Shown: in pieces, positions 15,520 to 24,582 of the stretch
Layout: the number at the start of each line of letters is the position of its first letter
How positions within the stretch are numbered: the first letter of the stretch is position 1
Origin: a virus
Taxonomy: Duplodnaviria; Caudoviricetes
Direction: 5' to 3' (one strand)
Virus record (IMG/VR): IMGVR_UViG_3300049924_000017
Span: 1-31,550 of that record
DNA: 31,550 nt
Notes under the pieces: model-generated
Databases searched by the model: none
The model's input: the letters and a program-made list of their open reading frames with translations, nothing else
What the model was told of the DNA's origin: nothing
Made by a program: the position numbers and the translations under genes

Positions 15520-18061
15520 TAGATGCTCCTGTAGCCCAGATAGCCCATCCCCAGATATTAAAGGGCTTACCTGTGTCGCTTGAATACTTTAAGGATAGCG
15601 ATGGTCCCTTACCTCTTATCTTACGTCTAGAATGAGTAAGAGATCGATAGGGAGTAGGATTATAGACCTGTTGAACTGTAGACCATTTTCCACTAGATCC
15701 TGAATTAGCCCAATCAAATCTACCTTGAAGAAAACAACTGGAGTTATCCTCTTGTTCGAAGAACGTAGTGAGATAGCCTACTTGAATATTTTTATCTCCT
15801 TGAGCTTCCACACGTGACGAAGTAATAAAGTAGCTAGAGTAGTCTACTGAACTCCAATCAAGATAACTAGTATCCTTGGCTTCGGCATAACTAAGTATCT
15901 CATTAGAACTACTTGGATATGTCGTGACGTATTTGATCTTAGTCAGATTATTTCTAACTGCATCTTGTATTGCTACAATTCCTCTAATAGTCTGATTTAC
16001 ACTTCCAATAGTCCAAGGATAGAAAGCTGGATTAATCTCAGAATATACAAGGACAGAATTATAGGCATAATGATCGGTAGCATTAGGATCTGAGTTATAA
16101 AGCCAGTAGATAATATCAAGAGTTACATCATATGCTCCCTTTGCGTATTTTCTATTAACTTGAGGAATATCTAGATAAAAGCTACGGATTGTTTTAAAGG
16201 TTACATTGACGACGTTGTATGTATTAGAATTAGGGTCAAACTGTAGAGTATAGATACCATCTTCTCCCCACCATATGGGAATGCCACGACGATCGACTAT
16301 ACTATGTGGTGCATTAGTTCCAAGAGAACTAAGTTTTCTAACATAGTAGTCATTTGCTGAGAAACCTCCACCAACTCCTAGGTTTCCTGAGACTTGCCAA
16401 ATACCATTTGATGCAAGAATAAATAGTGTATTCTGATATGCAAAGAGTTTATGTACAGTAGACATCTCAGGAATAACGATAGTACCGCCATCGCTACTTA
16501 GAAGATCAAATGTAATCTCAGAAGTAGGATCATTCTGTTGATAGCACTGTCCGTATTGAGTTTCCTTTTGAAGAATTTGAGTGAAGAAGATTGTATTGTT
16601 GAGAGAGAACGCATCTAATCCTGCATAGAATAACCGACCTGCATAGAAACAAACAGTTTTAGGTCTCTCGAAGGTAGTAGGAGTAGTAGAAGGATTGGTG
16701 CCTGGAGAATAGAACTCAAGTTCTACTAGAACAGGAGTATTACCACCACCCCCGCCGCTGCCTTGATCTTGTGCGACCCACACATAGTTCCAGAAGGTAG
16801 TCGTATCAGACGAGGTGATAATCTTACCACCTGAGCCATCTGCTGGATCAGCAAATGCATTAGTTCCTAGTACAGTTCCATCTGTCTTACTAGAAGGAGC
16901 AGTTTGCTTAGCATAGAGAGTATAGGTTATCGTAGGATTAGCTCCTATCTGGAAGCCTGAATCAGTTGTACCATAGACAATCGCTTGAGATATCTGTTTA
17001 GGCGAGCCTGAATAGTTTTTACCAACATACGCATTAGAATCTACAGCGACTCCATATTGATCAGAGGCTGTAGATCTTGATGTTGCTCCATCAAAGATGA
17101 ATGTTGGAGAACCTCCAAAGAAATTAGTCCATCCAGAGACGAGAATAGATCCTGCAGATTGAGAGATAATAACAGAAGGATTAGTGAGTGAAGCTCCTGT
17201 AAACCCATCAGCAACCATCGCTGCCGTACGATCTGGATTAGTTACAGTAAGGATAAAATGTCCTTTAGGTGCAGGTGTAGTTAGAGGATCCTGAGCTAAG
17301 ACTCTAGCATTATCAAAGATAGAAGTTGCTGATGGACGATACATACTGACAACATCAGCATTAGATGGTAGATCAGTTCTTGCTGTATCCCAAGCCGAAA
17401 GAGCGGCTCCTGCGACCTCTCCCCAACCTTGATTAAGAAGATTATAGTAGTGCTCAGGATTACCACTCTTAAGAGCTGCTACAGTACTTGTAGGACGTTG
17501 AGTAAGTCCTAGTCCGTCGTCTACACCAGTAAAGTCTCTAACTTGTAGTTCATAACTAGTAGCTGTAATGGTATCAGATATCGACTTGTATTCGATATAG
17601 GTGGGTTTAATTGCTCTGTTTACTAGTGTAAGTATACCTCTACCTGAAGCATATTGACATGGATATTGAGCAGGATCTAATCCTGAGCCGGATGGAACTA
17701 GAGTAGTAAGATCTATACTAAAGCTTTTTCTATTAGGACTTATAGTTGTTGAAGAACTGACATTATAGAAGTGAAGTGTCTTTCCATGTTGCTGTACAAG
17801 AAAACTAATACCACCATCGCCATCAATAGCATTCCAAACAAACTCTGTAAAGACCTCTCCACTAACTGGAGTATAGACTAGATCAAAGGTAGAGTTATCC
17901 TCGAAGTTAAATCCTAGTCTTCGAGACACGAGACCAGTCCTGTCAAAGACGCAGTCAAACGTCTCTGAACAAGAGTTAGATGGAACATTGAGTCCAACAA
18001 ATTCAGTAATTAGTCCTGTAGTAAAATTGCCTTCTACTACAGTGGCAGAAGTTCTAGGCAC
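15512..18061 (-). CDS. Tail tubular protein B / nozzle, with an inserted beta-sandwich domain
   Basis: NFTTGLITE, RRLG, RPKTVCFYAGRLFYAG, RRKIRGKG; beta-rich 849 aa downstream of the adaptor. Confidence 0.8.
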   Translation of the reverse strand: MPRTSATVVEGNFTTGLITEFVGLNVPSNSCSETFDCVFDRTGLVSRRLGFNFEDNSTFDLVYTPVSGEVFTEFVWNAIDGDGGISFLVQQHGKTLHFYNVSSSTTISPNRKSFSIDLTTLVPSGSGLDPAQYPCQYASGRGILTLVNRAIKPTYIEYKSISDTITATSYELQVRDFTGVDDGLGLTQRPTSTVAALKSGNPEHYYNLLNQGWGEVAGAALSAWDTARTDLPSNADVVSMYRPSATSIFDNARVLAQDPLTTPAPKGHFILTVTNPDRTAAMVADGFTGASLTNPSVIISQSAGSILVSGWTNFFGGSPTFIFDGATSRSTASDQYGVAVDSNAYVGKNYSGSPKQISQAIVYGTTDSGFQIGANPTITYTLYAKQTAPSSKTDGTVLGTNAFADPADGSGGKIITSSDTTTFWNYVWVAQDQGSGGGGGNTPVLVELEFYSPGTNPSTTPTTFERPKTVCFYAGRLFYAGLDAFSLNNTIFFTQILQKETQYGQCYQQNDPTSEITFDLLSSDGGTIVIPEMSTVHKLFAYQNTLFILASNGIWQVSGNLGVGGGFSANDYYVRKLSSLGTNAPHSIVDRRGIPIWWGEDGIYTLQFDPNSNTYNVVNVTFKTIRSFYLDIPQVNRKYAKGAYDVTLDIIYWLYNSDPNATDHYAYNSVLVYSEINPAFYPWTIGSVNQTIRGIVAIQDAVRNNLTKIKYVTTYPSSSNEILSYAEAKDTSYLDWSSVDYSSYFITSSRVEAQGDKNIQVGYLTTFFEQEDNSSCFLQGRFDWANSGSSGKWSTVQQVYNPTPYRSLTHSRRKIRGKGPSLSLKYSSDTGKPFNIWGWAIWATGASNV

Positions 18062-18350
18062 CTAGCTTTATCCTATCTCTCTTTGATATGTATAGTTGAA
18101 TAGCTTGTGTGGCCATATCTACACTAGTATATCTACCGGATAACTCATCAGGTACAGGTCCACGACTAGGTGTAATACGCCATAGATTGAATGGATCTTC
18201 TTGAATTACGTTGTACTTAATCTTCTCTCCGTCGAGTTCAATAACACGAAGGCCAACCTGTTCTGGGGAGAATTCTCTGAATTCTACAGTTTGGTTGACC
18301 TCTTGGTATCCATCAGTCTTCGGGTTACTAATTTTAAGCTTTTTATCCAT
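18054..18350 (-). CDS. Hypothetical protein between adaptor and nozzle
   Basis: GPVPDELSGRYTS motif. SD AAGGAG favours ATG 18350 over GTG 18356. Confidence 0.75.
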   Translation of the reverse strand: MDKKLKISNPKTDGYQEVNQTVEFREFSPEQVGLRVIELDGEKIKYNVIQEDPFNLWRITPSRGPVPDELSGRYTSVDMATQAIQLYISKRDRIKLGA

Positions 18351-18359
18351 GTGCACTCC

Positions 18360-19172
18360 TTACCATGATTGTTTTAGTGTCTTAGGTATCGGACTTGTAT
18401 TAAAACCATCTCGTCTTCCATACCTAGGTAGATTAAAGATAGGATCTAAATCAGGCGTCGTTCTTTTACGCTTCTGTACAATAATCTTTTGTCGCCTGGC
18501 TTCAGAAGCAGCCTCTTGATTAGGAACCTGCTTGAACTCAGCGAAAGCTCGGACTTTAGCTCTATTCTTTAATAGAGAGAACTGTGAAGGATCAAGATCT
18601 GGAATAAAGCCATCTGTTAGACTAAAGGTAGGATATATGACACCCATACAGAGAGTCTTAGACTTCTGTAGAGTTGTATCAATAGTGCTATCATAACTAT
18701 CAAACAAGAACGTACGATCATCCATTGTAGTAAAATATCGAGGCATCTGATCAGTCATATACATTACTTCAAAACTTTCAGAGTTCTGTATGAATGTCAT
18801 TTGACCTACGTTGGTTGTCTGATTACGTAGGTTATTCTGATCTGTCATAAATTCTACAAAAGGTTTGAAGATCAGATCACGATAGTTACTATTAGTCTCA
18901 GTGGCTGTCTTTATATTATACTTAATATTACGAACCAGAGCTACTGTATCGGGTATAGTCATAAGAACTGGTTTAGTAGCATCTCCACTGGCATCTAGCT
19001 CGAAGAGTGTCTCATGTTCAGGAAGTCCAAGATCAATAGCTAGATCATAGTATACACTTCGCAGAAGAACAGCTACTGCATATGACTCTACTGTATCAGA
19101 GATGGAGTTAACTTCATCTGACTCCATTGACTGAAGTATCTCTTGGGTCATCTCTAAAAGAGTAAACTTCAT
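18360..19172 (-). CDS. Tail tubular protein A / head-tail adaptor
   Basis: TLLEMTQEILQSMESDEVNSISDTVES N-terminus and YGR near the C-terminus; position upstream of the nozzle. Confidence 0.8.
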   Translation of the reverse strand: MKFTLLEMTQEILQSMESDEVNSISDTVESYAVAVLLRSVYYDLAIDLGLPEHETLFELDASGDATKPVLMTIPDTVALVRNIKYNIKTATETNSNYRDLIFKPFVEFMTDQNNLRNQTTNVGQMTFIQNSESFEVMYMTDQMPRYFTTMDDRTFLFDSYDSTIDTTLQKSKTLCMGVIYPTFSLTDGFIPDLDPSQFSLLKNRAKVRAFAEFKQVPNQEAASEARRQKIIVQKRKRTTPDLDPIFNLPRYGRRDGFNTSPIPKTLKQSW

Positions 19173-19399
19173 GTAAGCAATCCTAGCTTCTTAAGTACTG
19201 CTGTTATGATAAATCCAGCACCTGCCATTACACCTGAGAACCACATGATTCTCTTATCCATGCGATTAACCTTATCCCAAGACTTCTCATCTTGCTTGAC
19301 ATGATCCTGAAGATTAATCATAAGAGCTTCTAATTTACCTTCGATACGACCTAAGGTACGATAGAGTTCTGGTGTATCTTCATTCATCGGAATAGCCAA
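19169..19399 (-). CDS. Small membrane protein, holin/XhlA-like candidate
   Basis: Coiled coil LGRIEGKLE followed by one C-terminal TM helix (IMWFSGVMAGAGFIITAVL); within the lysis cluster. Confidence 0.6.
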   Translation of the reverse strand: MAIPMNEDTPELYRTLGRIEGKLEALMINLQDHVKQDEKSWDKVNRMDKRIMWFSGVMAGAGFIITAVLKKLGLLT

Positions 19400-19719
19400 T
19401 CAAAAGGATACTGTGTTTGCGGCATAGGTTTCCTCGATGGTATCTGTTTCTTAAGCGACTCAATCTGCTTTTGAACTTGATGCTCACGCACAATACTAGC
19501 TGTTCTATCATAAACAAAAAGTGCAAGAAGCATTGAGATTACTGTAACAATAGTCTTCCAACTGTCTAGGATATCTTTTAATCCTTCCCAGAGAATCTTA
19601 AAGTACTCCACGAGGGCTTCAAAGATACCTTTTAGGAGAGGTGATACAATCTCAAAGGCCGTCGCCAGGATCTTAAGAATAGACCCTACGAATGCCGGAA
19701 GGAGTAGCCAACTAAACAT
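19384..19719 (-). CDS. Membrane protein in the lysis cassette (holin or spanin-like)
   Basis: Hydrophobic/amphipathic helices, TM segment IVTVISMLLALFVY, short coiled coil. ATG 19719 overlaps the endolysin end (the track start at 19755 looks less likely). Confidence 0.55.
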   Translation of the reverse strand: MFSWLLLPAFVGSILKILATAFEIVSPLLKGIFEALVEYFKILWEGLKDILDSWKTIVTVISMLLALFVYDRTASIVREHQVQKQIESLKKQIPSRKPMPQTQYPFDWLFR

Positions 19720-20485
19720 TTGCTGCGTACCGCCCGTCAGCTGCTTCTTGCTCACGGTTGGTATGCACTTTCTGGAATACTAGATAAGCTGCCCCAAGAG
19801 CAAGAAGGATGATAATCAACTGATGATCAGTCCAGAAGCCTTTGAGAGTACCAATCATATCTTTACCTAGGTTCCATGTATCCATAGTGAATAAACCGCC
19901 TACAGCGGCTCCTACAGCCACGATAGTCTGTCTAGCCTTGGATACCCAGGAGATAGTCGAAGACTGCTGTAGCTGGTTGCTAGGCTCGTCTGGAGCTATT
20001 GCAGGCTCGTCATTCTGAACACTGTCCGAAAGGAAGAGGGCGGCTTCCATATGTCTACGCTTTACCAAACCAGGAAGTGTGACACCTTGAGCTTTAGTCC
20101 AAGCATTAAAAGCACGGGAAGCACCAACGAAGTCCCCACTATTAGCCAAACGTAGGACCGATGACTTAGCGAGTCCACCTTCTCCCACATTATACGCGAA
20201 CGATACGAGAGCATCGAACTGATTCTGCGTAGGCTTGAATTTGCATAGTTTCGTAACTGCATTCTCGAAACGGGTAAGCTCTTTTCGAAGAGCGTCTTCA
20301 GCCTGCTTTCGAGTCCAGACATCACCCATCTTGACGCCTTCAGTACAGCCCCAACCAATTGTCGGGATGTCGTACTTACCGTTACCAAGATAGTCCTGAT
20401 ATGCTGCGCAGTTTCCATTAGGAAGTCTCCGAGCATAACCTTCGAACTCCTTAATTATGGATAGACCTTTATCTGAGATTTTCAT
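19712..20485 (-). CDS. Endolysin, GH24 phage lysozyme with C-terminal hydrophobic segments
   Basis: IKEFEG...YQD...PTIGWG, TQNQFDALVSFAYNVG, LPGLVKRR..EAALF. Confidence 0.92.
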   Translation of the reverse strand: MKISDKGLSIIKEFEGYARRLPNGNCAAYQDYLGNGKYDIPTIGWGCTEGVKMGDVWTRKQAEDALRKELTRFENAVTKLCKFKPTQNQFDALVSFAYNVGEGGLAKSSVLRLANSGDFVGASRAFNAWTKAQGVTLPGLVKRRHMEAALFLSDSVQNDEPAIAPDEPSNQLQQSSTISWVSKARQTIVAVGAAVGGLFTMDTWNLGKDMIGTLKGFWTDHQLIIILLALGAAYLVFQKVHTNREQEAADGRYAANV

Positions 20486-21921
20486 TAGTTATAGTGCTCC
20501 GTTACAATGATTATACCAGCTGCTCCTGCGCCGCCTGCAAAACCGTTTGTACCTGCTGTACCAGCAGTACCACCTGCACCAACCGTATAAGTATATGTAG
20601 AGGCTGGTGATGCTATAAGTTTACGTAAGTATGCGCCGGCACCTCCACCGCCACCAGCGTTGGTTGTAGTTCCTTCACCAGCGCCACCACCTCCAGAACC
20701 TGAGTTAGCTGTAGCCGCTGTAGCATTAGTCGCTCCGCCCCATCCAGGTGTACCTGAACCTCCGAAGAAGCTCACACCACCCATGCCACCGCCACTATTA
20801 GCTACGTTAAGAGAGCTGGCTCCGCCTGCTCCGCCAGAGATATTGATATCACCATTCGATGCAGTACCGCCTGCTACTGATGCAGCGCCTGCAGTAGAGC
20901 CTAGTCCACCGCCACCTGCAGAGAGTGATCCGCCACTCCAAGTACTAGCAGTACCAGCTGTAGCAGCTCCTGGTGTAGTACCAGAACCTGCTCCGCCACC
21001 TCCACCACCAACCATTTCAATATCGATTGCAGTACATCCAGATGGAGTCGTATAAGTTGCAGCAGTACCTGTCGTGAAGACTTGTCTAGTAATTGGCTTA
21101 ACAGTTGTACGACCTGTACCACCATTACCTACACCTAGTGTACCAGTAATACCAGTAGTAAGAGGCAGACCCGTACAACTTGTAAGAACACCAGATGCTG
21201 GTGTACCAAGAGCTGGAGTAGTTAGTGTTGGAGCGGTAAGAGTCTTATTAGTAAGTGTATCAGTAGTGGCACGTCCTACATAGGTATCAGTTCCTTGAAA
21301 GGTAATTGTAGTTGCATCTGTTCCGGCCAATGTGAGACTATTATTGAAATTAAGTGTCTTACCTGTCACACCGCCAAGAACAAGACTAACTCCAGCGCCT
21401 GCGATAGCAAGTGTGTTTGTATTAAGAGTTAGTGTTCCTGTATTAGGTGTAAATGTAAGTCCATTAAGAGTAGTTGCAGTTGCGACACCTAAAGTAGGAG
21501 TAGTCATTGTCGGAGATGTTAGAACTGGATTAGTCCCAAAGACAGCAGATCCATTTCCTGTTTCATCAGTAAGTGCTGCCTTCAATTGAGCAGATGTCAT
21601 TGTAAGAGTATTACTACCAAGATCGATTGTCTTGTTAGTAAGAGTCTGTATACCAGTGAGAGTAACATTACCTATACCTGTGCTAAAAGCAAGAGAATCT
21701 ACATAGCCTTTAGTTACAGCTTCACTATCAGTAGTTGCTATTCCAAGATTAATAACTCGATTATTATTCATGTCTAGACTTGTCGACATAGTATTTGGAG
21801 TTGTGCCATCTCGAGAAAGAGTATTTTCGAAAGCACTTTCAATAGTCTGATTATTACTATTGATAGCCGTGATAAGGCTATTATCAATAATAGCGATATC
21901 GTTGAGAGATACCTTAGTCAT
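20485..21921 (-). CDS. Tail fibre protein with glycine-rich C-terminal domain
   Basis: N-terminal anchor ENTLSRDGTTPNTM...LDMN, TLTNKT repeats, VGGGGGG...GAGG...GAAGIIIVTEH end. Confidence 0.8.
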   Translation of the reverse strand: MTKVSLNDIAIIDNSLITAINSNNQTIESAFENTLSRDGTTPNTMSTSLDMNNNRVINLGIATTDSEAVTKGYVDSLAFSTGIGNVTLTGIQTLTNKTIDLGSNTLTMTSAQLKAALTDETGNGSAVFGTNPVLTSPTMTTPTLGVATATTLNGLTFTPNTGTLTLNTNTLAIAGAGVSLVLGGVTGKTLNFNNSLTLAGTDATTITFQGTDTYVGRATTDTLTNKTLTAPTLTTPALGTPASGVLTSCTGLPLTTGITGTLGVGNGGTGRTTVKPITRQVFTTGTAATYTTPSGCTAIDIEMVGGGGGGAGSGTTPGAATAGTASTWSGGSLSAGGGGLGSTAGAASVAGGTASNGDINISGGAGGASSLNVANSGGGMGGVSFFGGSGTPGWGGATNATAATANSGSGGGGAGEGTTTNAGGGGGAGAYLRKLIASPASTYTYTVGAGGTAGTAGTNGFAGGAGAAGIIIVTEHYN

Positions 21922-23585
21922 TAGGAGATGACTCCTTTAATAAGGACGAAAGTGATATCAATAGCTTCTGAGAGAGAGCCAGCGGTATTATTGCGGACAT
22001 TAATGATAGCAGAGCCGTTCCCACATTGAGCGTTAAGAGTATAAGCTCCAGGTGTTCCTGTTTGGTGATGATTTAGAATAAGAACATCCTGATCTGCGAT
22101 TGAGCTATTGGTTAATGTAAAGGATACAATAGTAGCAGATGCGAGAGCAGCATTATTCATTGTAATCTGTCCACAAGCTGTATTAAGAGTTACACCTGTA
22201 GATTTACTAGTTAACTGTGTAACTGCACCACCGGCACCTGTACCATAACCTATTCCAGTGACTCCTGCCGCACGCAGAGAGGTTATATCTGTATTAGCTC
22301 CTGAGGCTGCAGCACTTAGAGAAGTTCTAGCTGCAGCAGCTGAGATCGCACCAGTACCGCCCATTCCTACTGCAAGAGGTGTAACAGTTGCAGTACCTGA
22401 TGCTGTAATAAGACTTGTATCAGCGATGAAACCTCTAGCATCTAGATTATATGTATTGCCAGTGATTACTGTACCTGTAAAAGAACTTCCTGTGTTCTCA
22501 AAAAGAGCATGAGATCCGATGTCCACTACAGCATTAGAAAATGTCCTGGCTCCTGCGACATTAAATGTAACACCAGGCTGACAGAGTACAGCAGCACCAG
22601 TTCGAGCGTAGATAAATGTTCCTGGCAGATCTGCTCCATCAGTAGTTGCTGCGATAGTATGAGTACCTGCTACAAGTAAAATTCGACCGCTTTCAGCTAC
22701 GCTTGCTAGCGCAATACCACCTGATCCAATCTTACCATATGTGCAGCCTTTAAGGACAACAAGTCCACCATCGTCTGCTTCAGCAATGATACCTGCAGAA
22801 TTTGGATTAGTTAGTTTAAAGTTTTCCCAAGTAACAGGAGTTTCAGCTACTGCACCTAAGATAGTAGCAGTCGCTGAAGTACTTCTAATCTCTGCTGTAC
22901 CGTTTTCACCAACAAATGTTAGCTGACCAAAGCCTGAACCAGCATAGCCAACCCAATCTCTAGTTGTGATTCTCTCATTATAGATTCCATCACCTACACT
23001 GGCACCTTGTACACGTACTGTAATATTTTGACCATTTAGATCAAGATTATTACAGATAAAACCATATGCCCCATTGATTGTTAAGAAGGCTCCAACAGAA
23101 GAATTTGTAAGACCTGAGTTACTATCATTACCATCTCTGCGAACATAATATGTTCTAGAACTTGTAAGGCGATCTCTTACTGAAGTAGTTGAACTAGTTC
23201 CTACCGTTAAAGTACCAGGTACGCTTAGGTTAGTCCCACTTACGACAGTGACAGAGTTACTAGAAATCTGTGCAGCCGAGGTTCCTACCCAAGTTACTAT
23301 ACCATTATTAGTAGAGGAACCTGGTGCAGTAATTGTACTACCTACGACTACAAGAGGTACATCCCCCAAACGAAGTGGTTCACCATCATTTGTAGGCTCA
23401 GGAAGATTAAGAATCCTATTAGAATTCATATCGAGAGAGGCACCCATCGTATTAGGAGAGGTGCCATCTCTTGATAGAGTATTCTCTAGAGCAGTCTCAA
23501 TGGCATCATTATTGTTATTTATAGTCGTTATTGCACTAGTCTGATTAGTAAGACTAGTTAGATTATTTAACGTTAACTTAGCCAT
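21921..23585 (-). CDS. Tail fibre / tailspike protein
   Basis: Same N-terminal anchor; TYYVRRDGNDSNSG...AFLTI and GIYNE motifs typical of the start of beta-helix domains. Confidence 0.8.
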   Translation of the reverse strand: MAKLTLNNLTSLTNQTSAITTINNNNDAIETALENTLSRDGTSPNTMGASLDMNSNRILNLPEPTNDGEPLRLGDVPLVVVGSTITAPGSSTNNGIVTWVGTSAAQISSNSVTVVSGTNLSVPGTLTVGTSSTTSVRDRLTSSRTYYVRRDGNDSNSGLTNSSVGAFLTINGAYGFICNNLDLNGQNITVRVQGASVGDGIYNERITTRDWVGYAGSGFGQLTFVGENGTAEIRSTSATATILGAVAETPVTWENFKLTNPNSAGIIAEADDGGLVVLKGCTYGKIGSGGIALASVAESGRILLVAGTHTIAATTDGADLPGTFIYARTGAAVLCQPGVTFNVAGARTFSNAVVDIGSHALFENTGSSFTGTVITGNTYNLDARGFIADTSLITASGTATVTPLAVGMGGTGAISAAAARTSLSAAASGANTDITSLRAAGVTGIGYGTGAGGAVTQLTSKSTGVTLNTACGQITMNNAALASATIVSFTLTNSSIADQDVLILNHHQTGTPGAYTLNAQCGNGSAIINVRNNTAGSLSEAIDITFVLIKGVIS

Positions 23586-23596
23586 TGAGCCTATCC

Positions 23597-23965
23597 TTAG
23601 GAGATCTTATAGACAGCGAATGCAACTTTAATATTGCCGTTAACAGCAGCTGCCGCTGCAGCATTAGTAATACTAAGAGTAATAGTGTTTGCAGTAGTGA
23701 CAGTCTTTAGAACAGGAATACCTGCAGTAAAGGTTCCACCAACCACAGTAACATGAGCGATATCGCCGGCTGCCACACGATTGTTAGTAATAGTCATAAC
23801 GTGTGTTGCACCAGCCGCAGTGGTAATAGCGTCTGTAGTAATAACACCTACTGGACGATTAAGAGTAGCAGTAGAAGTACCGCCGGTACCAGTAGCTGTA
23901 GCAGTAAAGTTACCTACAAAAGGAAGAAGATTCTTCCAATCCATATATGCTTGTTTAGTAGCCAT
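23597..23965 (-). CDS. Small virion structural protein (head fibre/decoration candidate)
   Basis: Thr/Ala-rich beta-strand protein after the capsid operon terminator; resembles the C-terminal domain of the 554-aa fibre; SD AAGGA. Confidence 0.6.
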   Translation of the reverse strand: MATKQAYMDWKNLLPFVGNFTATATGTGGTSTATLNRPVGVITTDAITTAAGATHVMTITNNRVAAGDIAHVTVVGGTFTAGIPVLKTVTTANTITLSITNAAAAAAVNGNIKVAFAVYKIS

Positions 23966-23979
23966 TTTATTTTCCTTTG

Positions 23980-24013
23980 GAATAAGAAACCGGGATTTTT
24001 AGGCCCCGGTTTC
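23980..24013 (-). terminator. Intrinsic terminator after the capsid and decoration genes
   Basis: Stem GAAACCGGG (23986-23994) / CCCGGTTTC (24005-24013), followed by TTATT on the - strand. Confidence 0.75.
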
Positions 24014-24023
24014 CGTTAGGACA

Positions 24024-24569
24024 TTACGCAGCAGGACGCCAATAGACGTAAAGCCTCATAGTACCTGCAGTATAAGCAGCAGTACCGAAGTTCACGCTCA
24101 TGACGTTATCGGCAGCCAATGCGGTACCCAGAAGAGCACCGGCACTAGTCGTACCGACGGTAAGACTGGAGATCTTACCTGCGGCGTTAATTGTAGTCAG
24201 TGCCAACGCAGCAACAAGACCGTCAGCGTCCGTAATAGTCGTGAACGATGTAGAGTCTGTTCCACGTGCCACTAGACCGATATCAAGAGTAGCAGCACCA
24301 CCAGAAGTGAAGCCAGTACCGACCTTGATGTCGATCTTCTCAATTACGGAACCATCTGCGAAGACAGTGTCGTAGTCGAGAATGTAGACGTTAGTCTGTG
24401 ATGTACCAAGATTGATCGTAGAGAAGTCTACGTCAAACTCAGTAACGTGCATCGATGAATCGTACTCGTACTCTCCACCTTTGCCCTTGACGGCTTCGGC
24501 ACCGGCGATCTTTACTCGAAGACCGTCGTTGTTCACCCAAATACCGGTAGTATCATTAGCAATAGCCAT
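24024..24569 (-). CDS. Capsid decoration/cement protein
   Basis: Directly after the major capsid gene; strong SD GGAGG; WVNNDGL start, FTSGGAATLDIGL, YTAG..RLYV end. Confidence 0.7.
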   Translation of the reverse strand: MAIANDTTGIWVNNDGLRVKIAGAEAVKGKGGEYEYDSSMHVTEFDVDFSTINLGTSQTNVYILDYDTVFADGSVIEKIDIKVGTGFTSGGAATLDIGLVARGTDSTSFTTITDADGLVAALALTTINAAGKISSLTVGTTSAGALLGTALAADNVMSVNFGTAAYTAGTMRLYVYWRPAA

Positions 24570-24582
24570 ATGCTATCCCTCC

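Noticed and set aside
20660-21589. Pro/Val-rich + strand ORFs (20660-21055, 21074-21283, 21332-21589)
   Set aside because: Antisense shadows of Gly/Thr-rich tail fibre codons.
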